In this document: piece after piece, positions 57,986 through 64,000 of the stretch
Numbering within the stretch: position 1 is the stretch's first letter
Layout of the letters: every line of letters starts with the position of its first letter
Position numbers and translations under genes: made by a program
Notes under the pieces: generated by a model
The model's input: the letters and a program-made list of their open reading frames with translations, nothing else
Databases searched by the model: none
What the model was told of the DNA's origin: nothing
DNA from: an archaeon
Lineage (GTDB): Archaea; Iainarchaeota; Iainarchaeia; Iainarchaeales; 1-14-0-10-31-34
Length of the DNA: 64,000 nt
NCBI GenBank assembly: GCA_024277355.1
Contig: JAJRVL010000011.1
Location: 34,155-98,154, forward strand
Direction of reading: 5' to 3'

Positions 57986-58792
57986 TTATTTTTCATTAAT
58001 TATTTTTAGTAAAGCTTCATGCACTAAACTATTTGAAGCAAAGCAGTCAATTGGCAAAGGCTTTAATTCTGTTTCAGAATCAGGATCAGAAACTTTTCCG
58101 CCGGCTTCCTGAACTAATAAAGCACCAGCACATAAATCCCATGGCTTTAAATGATATTCAAGATAGGCATCAACCCTTCCGCAAGCAATATAAGCTAAAT
58201 CTAATGCAGCCGAACCGCTTCTTCTGATATCTTTAATTTTATACAACAGTCTTCTTACTGCATTTAAAGTGAATTCCATTTTTTCTCCTCTATTATAAGA
58301 AAAACCAGTGTTAAGCAAAATGCGGATTAATTCAGAATTCTGAGAAACAGAAATTTTGTTTCCGTTCAAAAAAGCACCTTTTCCTTTTTCTGCAGTAAAT
58401 AATTCATTTAAAACCGGATCAAAAATTACTCCAAGAATTGTTTGTTCTTTTTTCTTTAAAGCAATTGAAACACAAAAATGAGGATAATTATGTGCAAAGT
58501 TTACTGTTCCATCTAAAGGATCAACAACCCACAAAAAATCAGCTAATTCATAGCCTCTAGGAGTTTCTTCAGCTAAAATTTCATGCGAAGGAAAAGCTTT
58601 CAGAATTGTTTCTTTAATTATTTTTTCTGCTTCAAAATCCGCTTTAGTTACAATATCCCTTTTGCCTTTGTATTTAACTTTATTTAAGTCAGTGAATTTT
58701 CCCCTGTAAGACAAAATTACAGTTCCTGCTTTTTTTGCTGCAAGAACTGCTGTTTTCATAAACTCTGACTGCATAACAAAACAAAAGAACAA
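57986..58792 (-). CDS. suhB: inositol monophosphatase family protein (archaeal IMPase/FBPase-like)
   Basis: 268 aa. Metal-binding WVVDPLDGTVNFAHNYP and EE motifs. Confidence 0.8.
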   Translation of the reverse strand: MFFCFVMQSEFMKTAVLAAKKAGTVILSYRGKFTDLNKVKYKGKRDIVTKADFEAEKIIKETILKAFPSHEILAEETPRGYELADFLWVVDPLDGTVNFAHNYPHFCVSIALKKKEQTILGVIFDPVLNELFTAEKGKGAFLNGNKISVSQNSELIRILLNTGFSYNRGEKMEFTLNAVRRLLYKIKDIRRSGSAALDLAYIACGRVDAYLEYHLKPWDLCAGALLVQEAGGKVSDPDSETELKPLPIDCFASNSLVHEALLKIINEK

Positions 58793-59818
58793 AAGGAATT
58801 AAAAATAAATTCTGCTTGGTCAAGAAATAGCTTTAAGAAACAAACTGTTATGTAGACAGAATATACATAATTATTAGTCTTTTTTGGCCAAAAAAGAGCC
58901 CTCAACATACTAAAACCCTTTATTTCAGCCAGATAAGCCAATATAGCCAAACCCATCAAAAATGGCTTTAAATATGCCTTAAAAAAACTCTGCTAAAAAA
59001 ATCTTATTTTAGAGTATTTCGTTAATTTAAGCCAAATTAAACTGAATTTAATAGATTTACTGGCTTTTCTTATAGATCGGCAAAGCAATTCAACCCCTCA
59101 CAGATTTCCAAAAACCTCTTTGGAAATTTCCTTGATTTTTCTGGGTTTTTTCTTTATTTTTTCAACTATTTCTAATTAAGGAATTTTTTGTTTATTTTTG
59201 TTTTTTCTTAGAAGTTTTCCAGAAAATTTTTGAAAAGTTTTATTTTTTTAAGCCACTTCGCAAACTCCCTTTCTGGATTTTTTGAGCCACATCTGACTCC
59301 GCCTATTTTGTATACATAACTCTTGATCTTGCTGGCTTCTCCAAACAACCAACTTACCCGCCCCCACACTTCCACTAAAGTTCAGTTTTTCACACTTTTC
59401 AACAAAGTCCCCTCTATGAAAACACGGATAATGTAGATTATACGTGGATTCATGAGTAAATAAAGGCTCAAACAAACGCTTTAATCAACCAAACTAAACC
59501 GCTCGCCTTAAAGATAAGCGATTTTAACGGGTTTTAAGCCAGTTTTTGGTTTTGCTGCCTAAAAATTAGAAGTTAACTTTGAATAGTTAATTTTGTTTTT
59601 GATCTGTTAGAGGAACACAGACAATAACTTATCAAAACCAGAGTTATGTATAAGACTAAATTTGTTTTAGGTTTCTATATGTTTTACACACAATTTTGCT
59701 TTAATTGCTATAATATTATGTTTTTGTGTTTTATTTAAATCAGCAAATCAATTCCACAAAATTATCTGTAAATTGAATTTTTATCTAAAAATTGAAATAA
59801 AAGAACTATGAAAATAAA

Positions 59819-59837
59819 TGCGCTTGCGCGCGCGCCG
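59819..59837. other. GC-only alternating-purine/pyrimidine element gcgcttgcgcgcgcgccg in an AT-rich intergenic context
   Basis: Read directly from the sequence. Located just 3' of the XRE gene. Confidence 0.3.
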
Positions 59838-59864
59838 AAAATTTAGGGTTAGTTTAAGCAACCA

Positions 59865-60062
59865 TTATAACTCAAAAATAGCTTCTATATCCTCATTAAA
59901 CACTTTAGCTATATTATAAGCTAATTTTAAAGAAGGATTATATTTCCCTTGCTCTAAAAAGACAATTGTTTCTCTTCGAACTTTAACGATTTTAGCTAAT
60001 TGTTCCTGTGTTAAATTGTATTTTGCTCTGAATTCTTTGATTTTTGTCTTCATTTGATTCAC
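59865..60062 (-). CDS. XRE-family (Cro/C1-type) HTH transcriptional regulator
   Basis: 65 aa. [39 protein letters not shown] is the classic HTH_3 pattern. Confidence 0.7.
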   Translation of the reverse strand: MNQMKTKIKEFRAKYNLTQEQLAKIVKVRRETIVFLEQGKYNPSLKLAYNIAKVFNEDIEAIFEL

Positions 60063-60238
60063 TTATTTAAAATCAAATTTAAGTTAGAAATAATTAACCT
60101 TATGTTAGAATTACATAACAACTAATATTTAAGATTTTGCATTAAGCAGCAAATATCAAAAAAACCAACAAATACTTGAAAAGCAAAAAACCTGTCTAAT
60201 TCAATATAATTTAAAAGAAAAAGAAACTAAACAATATT

Positions 60239-60997
60239 ATGAAAAAATTGTTTATTTTATTGATTTTATTGGTTTTTATTTTTGGATGTATTAATTCTCC
60301 AGAGCCAATAAAAGATTCATTCAAATTAGGCGAAACATTTACTATAAAAGAAAATCAAACTTTAACTGAAGAAAAAGAAAAATTCATTGTCAAAGTAGTT
60401 TCTTTTGTTGATTCAAGATGCCCTGCAGAAGTTAAATGTATCTGGGAAGGAGAATTAGGAGTTGATTTGTTAATTGTTAGCAGTTTAGGAGAACAAGAAA
60501 TTTATTTAGGCGCAACAACAGTCTCTAAAGAAAATTTTTCTTTATATAATTCTTATGAAATTGAATTACTTTCAATTGATTTTGAAACAAAAACTGCTGA
60601 ATTAAAAATAACTGAAATTGATTCAAATACAAAAACATGGTTTTCAATTAAACCAATTCAATGCAAAGGAAACAACTGGAATACCTGGCCTGCTTCTGCA
60701 ACAATGAAATTTGAAAACGAATTATCTTTAATTAAAAACTGGTTCGATATTGAACATAACATAAAAGTTTATGAAATTAAATCAAAACAAATTTATGAAG
60801 CAGTATGCAGTGCTTGTTCTTGTTCCAGAGGAGACAAAATCGCAGTTTTAGTTGATGTAAAAAATAAAGAAAAAACATTAGATCTTGGTTGGGAAGAAAT
60901 GATTATTGAATGCGCTGAAGAAACAAAACAATGCCCTAACGGTTCAATAACAGCAAGAATTAATCCATTTTGTGATTTTGAAAAATGCTCACAATAA
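60239..60997 (+). CDS. hypothetical Cys-rich lipoprotein
   Basis: 252 aa. MKKLFILLILLVFIFGC is a signal peptide plus lipobox. 12 Cys in the body. Confidence 0.45.
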   Translation: MKKLFILLILLVFIFGCINSPEPIKDSFKLGETFTIKENQTLTEEKEKFIVKVVSFVDSRCPAEVKCIWEGELGVDLLIVSSLGEQEIYLGATTVSKENFSLYNSYEIELLSIDFETKTAELKITEIDSNTKTWFSIKPIQCKGNNWNTWPASATMKFENELSLIKNWFDIEHNIKVYEIKSKQIYEAVCSACSCSRGDKIAVLVDVKNKEKTLDLGWEEMIIECAEETKQCPNGSITARINPFCDFEKCSQ

Positions 60998-61134
60998 ACA
61001 AATTATGTATAAACTGTTTTTTGTTGAGTTAATTCTGATTTAACTTTAATTTGTTATTTTAATCAATTCTCTTTAAATTTAATTCCTACACAGTTTTTTA
61101 GTGAAGTTTATACTTAATTTAACAGGAAATTATT

Positions 61135-62133
61135 ATGTTTGCATCTGAAATAAATAAATTATTAAATTTAGTTTCCAGAAGCTTTACGCTTTGTATTCCG
61201 CGTCTTCCAAAACAAGTCAGAAACGAAGTAGGAAACTTTTATCTTTTATGCAGGTATGCAGACTCAATCGAAGACTCAAAAATTTCATTTACTGACAAAA
61301 AAAAGTACTTTAAAAGGTATTTAACCTGCCTTAAACAAGAAGACTTAAACAAAATGAACACGTTATCGGCTGAATTAACTCCTAAAATTCTAAACAAAAA
61401 TGATCAAAAAATGTTTAAGCGGTTTTCTAAAGTATTTAAGCAGTTTGTGGGTTTTGACGAAAAATCAAAAAAAATTGCTTTAAAATGGCTAAAAGAAATG
61501 ACTAAAGGAATGGCTAAATACTCTAAAAAAGAAATTGAAAATTTTTTGGATTTAGATAATTATTGTTATTATGTTGCAGGCACAGTTGGTTTTTATATTA
61601 CGCAAATCACCGACCATAAATTTAATTTACATAAATATGATTTTTTGTTATCTAAATGCGAAGATTTTGGTTTATTACTTCAGAAAGTAAATATTATACG
61701 GGATTTTTCAAAAGACTATGAAAATGGAAAAACCTTCTGGCCTAAATCACTTTTTAAAAAACACAACATGGAAATAAAAGATGCATTTAAAAATAAAAAT
61801 GACTTAAAAAGAAAACAAATTTTGTCTGAAATGATTAAAAGCACTGAACCGCATATTAAAAATACGCTTGAATACTTAAAAAATTTGCCTGCTGAATTAA
61901 AATTTGTCTGGGCAATTCCTTTTTATATGGCAATTCCAACACTGTTAAAGTGTTATGGTAACGACGAAATTTTTGATCCGCAAAAAAAAGTAAAAATTGG
62001 AAAAATCCAGACAACTCAAATAATTTCATCTTTAAACAAAAAAATTTCTTCAGAACAATTTTTTGAAGAATATCTTATTGCTTTAAATGAAAAAAACTCA
62101 CAAGGACTAAATTTAAATCTTCAACTAAAATAA
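61135..62133 (+). CDS. squalene/phytoene synthase-family (head-to-head trans-isoprenyl diphosphate) enzyme
   Basis: 332 aa. YLLCRYADSIED (first Asp-rich region) and YCYYVAGTVG...NIIRDFSKD (second region) match the SQS_PSY family. Confidence 0.65.
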   Translation: MFASEINKLLNLVSRSFTLCIPRLPKQVRNEVGNFYLLCRYADSIEDSKISFTDKKKYFKRYLTCLKQEDLNKMNTLSAELTPKILNKNDQKMFKRFSKVFKQFVGFDEKSKKIALKWLKEMTKGMAKYSKKEIENFLDLDNYCYYVAGTVGFYITQITDHKFNLHKYDFLLSKCEDFGLLLQKVNIIRDFSKDYENGKTFWPKSLFKKHNMEIKDAFKNKNDLKRKQILSEMIKSTEPHIKNTLEYLKNLPAELKFVWAIPFYMAIPTLLKCYGNDEIFDPQKKVKIGKIQTTQIISSLNKKISSEQFFEEYLIALNEKNSQGLNLNLQLK

Positions 62134-62205
62134 CTTTTTGTTTGCTTCAGACTAATAAAGCAAAACTATAAATTAAGCTAATTCTTTAATTATTTAAGGG
62201 ATTTT

Positions 62206-62682
62206 ATGCCTGCAGGAAAAAAATATAAGCCTTCAAGTAAATTAAAAAGAAAATGGAGAAACAGTTCAGCTGGAAAAATTACTAAAGGATTATTCGGCCC
62301 AAGCAGGAAAACAATTGAAAGAGTTAAAACAGGATTAACTTTAAGAGAAACAAAAAAACACATTAGTTTAGCCGAGGCTGTTGATTTATTAGAAAAATTA
62401 GAAAACAAAAAAATAAATGCTTCTAAATCAATGGCAATAAAATACTCTTTAGACGCCATCAATGTAAAAAACTTAAAAAAAAGACAACAAATAATAGCTG
62501 CAATAAAAAAAGCTGATAGACAAGTAAGCTTTGCTAACATGCATGGAAAAGGCGTGCCTGTGACTACTTTAAAAGAAATGACTCGTGTTTTTGTTGAAAA
62601 TTTAGGTCCAATTAAAGCGCGTTTGTTTTTTAAAATTATTACCAAAAAACAAAAAAACATCAGAATAAAAATGACGGATTAA
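62206..62682 (+). CDS. hypothetical basic protein, paralog A (MPAGKKYK N-terminus)
   Basis: 158 aa. Shares MAIKYSLDAINVKN with MGIKIALDAVGIKN of the next ORF. Confidence 0.4.
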   Translation: MPAGKKYKPSSKLKRKWRNSSAGKITKGLFGPSRKTIERVKTGLTLRETKKHISLAEAVDLLEKLENKKINASKSMAIKYSLDAINVKNLKKRQQIIAAIKKADRQVSFANMHGKGVPVTTLKEMTRVFVENLGPIKARLFFKIITKKQKNIRIKMTD

Positions 62683-62734
62683 AGCAAAAGAAATAATATA
62701 AGATAGACTCATTGAATATTCAAGAGATAATTTT

Positions 62735-63211
62735 ATGCCTGCAAAAAAAAACAACACTAGTTTTTCTTATAAAAAAGTTTTAGCTGGTTTTGTGCTTAAA
62801 CCAAAAAGAAAAGTAATTAAAGCAACAAGAAAAGGATTAAAAAAAAGCAAAAAAAACCTTGACCAGACTGCTAAGTTAATGGGAATAAAAATTGCTTTAG
62901 ATGCCGTTGGAATTAAAAACCCTGCAACAAGAAAAAAATTAAAAAATATTTTATTAAATCATTTTGGGCAAATCGCATTAATGGTTAAACCAGGAAAAAA
63001 AACTTTAAAAGAAAAAGCAAATGATGCAAACACAATATTTAGATTAAAAGCCCGTGTAACAAATCGGTTAATAGAAGAACTTGGAAGAGAACAAGGCAAA
63101 AAAATAAGTGTGCTTTTGGCTTTAACAGAAAGTAAAAGAGATGTAATCTATCAAGAATTAATAAAAAAAGACCCGTTAATTACAAGAGCAATTAAGAAAA
63201 TAAAAAAATAA
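62735..63211 (+). CDS. hypothetical basic protein, paralog B (MPAKKNN N-terminus)
   Basis: 158 aa. Same length as and similar to the preceding ORF. Confidence 0.4.
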   Translation: MPAKKNNTSFSYKKVLAGFVLKPKRKVIKATRKGLKKSKKNLDQTAKLMGIKIALDAVGIKNPATRKKLKNILLNHFGQIALMVKPGKKTLKEKANDANTIFRLKARVTNRLIEELGREQGKKISVLLALTESKRDVIYQELIKKDPLITRAIKKIKK

Positions 63212-63322
63212 ATTTATTCTAATTTTTTATAATAACATTCTTTTGTCTATTTAAGTTTTTGGAGTGTTTTGATGTCTAAAAAAACCAATAATTATGTATA
63301 AGCTAAGTTTTTTTAAGTTTAA

Positions 63323-63682
63323 ATGAGTTTTTTGTTTGTGTTTTCAGTTAATTTTATTTTAAGTGTATTGCTTGATATTGTAGTTTTATTTTATGCTGCA
63401 AGATTTTTTCGTGTTCCAAGAAACTCTGCTCAAAAAGCATTAATTATAACTGTCATTGCTTCTTTGTTTGGTTTTTTTATTGGAGATGTTTTAATTAAAC
63501 TTATTTTGTCTCCGTTTCTTTCATTATTGCTGTTGTTTGCTCCGTTGGTTTTAATTACGGTGATTTTTATTAGATTATTTATCATTAAATTTGTTTATAG
63601 AATTAGTTTTAGTAAATCTTTTATTATTTGGATTTTGTCTGCTGTGGTTTCAGTTTTAGTTTCAAGGTTTTTGCCTTTTTAA
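63323..63682 (+). CDS. hypothetical small membrane protein
   Basis: 119 aa with 3-4 predicted TM helices. Confidence 0.35.
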   Translation: MSFLFVFSVNFILSVLLDIVVLFYAARFFRVPRNSAQKALIITVIASLFGFFIGDVLIKLILSPFLSLLLLFAPLVLITVIFIRLFIIKFVYRISFSKSFIIWILSAVVSVLVSRFLPF

Positions 63683-63720
63683 CTGGAAAAGAATTTAAAT
63701 TCCAAACACATTAATTTTTT

Positions 63721-64000
63721 ATGCCGCCAAGAAAACCGTATTTCAGAAAGCACAGAAAAAGAAACACCAAGCACGCTAATTCCGATAAAAAAATTATTTT
63801 GAATCAGGTTAAACCTGGAGAAAAATTTAATTCAAAAAAACATGAAGAGAGAAGAAACAGACAATTTGGAGTTATGGTTAAACCTTCAGGCAATGAAAAA
63901 AAAAGAAGATTTTTTGTTTCAAAAAATGAATTAGATTTATTAATTAAGCATAATCAGAATTTACCTGAATTAGCAGGCTCAAATAAAGGAAAATACCCTT
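63721..64000 (+). CDS. hypothetical basic protein (5' part; runs off window end)
   Basis: MPPRKPYFRKHRKRNTKH... frame is open to the window end, so it is absent from the ORF track. Confidence 0.35.
   Translation, partial: MPPRKPYFRKHRKRNTKHANSDKKIILNQVKPGEKFNSKKHEERRNRQFGVMVKPSGNEKKRRFFVSKNELDLLIKHNQNLPELAGSNKGKYP

Noticed and set aside
59248-59475. 75-aa minus-strand ORF inside the ORF-free region
   Set aside because: No start context and no recognisable motifs. It is probably a chance ORF in a relatively GC-richer stretch.
58880-59600. RNase P RNA or SRP RNA within the ORF-free region
   Set aside because: I found only a partial aaagtcc match to the P4 helix and no other universally conserved motifs. 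A covariance-model search is needed.

Overview
This is an AT-rich (about 25-30% GC), gene-dense window with short intergenic spacers and frequent 4-nt ATGA start/stop overlaps. I read it as a fragment of a small-genome DPANN-type archaeon. Archaeal markers are class-III-signal pilins (MKGQISIEYL, KGQSALEYLMTYGWAL), archaeal-type D-Tyr-tRNA deacylase DtdA, KaiC-family ATPases, GH57, archaeal-type PGK, Lrp/AsnC and a RecJ/GAN-like DHH nuclease. These are mixed with bacterial-type genes (bacterial LeuRS, type I GAPDH, an MEP-pathway cluster dxr-ispD-ispF-dxs). Main blocks by position: (i) 1-12.7 kb housekeeping (AMMECR1, NFACT, LeuRS, HypC-like, DMT transporter, pgk, gap, transglutaminase-like); (ii) 12.8-24.7 kb an archaeal type IV (Tad/Fla-like) pilus locus with several pilins, a 915-aa putative pilin-led adhesin, a PilB/FlaI-type ATPase and TadB/TadC-like platform proteins; (iii) 24.9-28.9 kb and 54.6 kb KaiC-like ATPase plus Walker-A-less paralogs; (iv) 32.7-46.6 kb a glycogen/gluconeogenesis supercluster (GDE-like hydrolase, PGM, GalT-like, GT3 and GT5 glycogen synthases, GH57, PfkB kinase, PPDK); (v) 46.7-52.0 kb the MEP isoprenoid cluster; (vi) 52-58.8 kb DtdA, glnA, Lrp, IMPase/FBPase; (vii) 58.8-59.9 kb an unusual ~1 kb non-coding region beside an XRE regulator; (viii) 60-64 kb lipoprotein, squalene/phytoene synthase-family enzyme and tandem basic 'MP..KK' proteins. 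No rRNA, tRNA or CRISPR arrays were recognised. Several genes carry in-frame stops or homopolymer-A frameshifts (dxr, the TadC-like gene, three 5' ends). Coordinates I derived by hand may be off by 1-2 nt. ORF-track coordinates are used where available.
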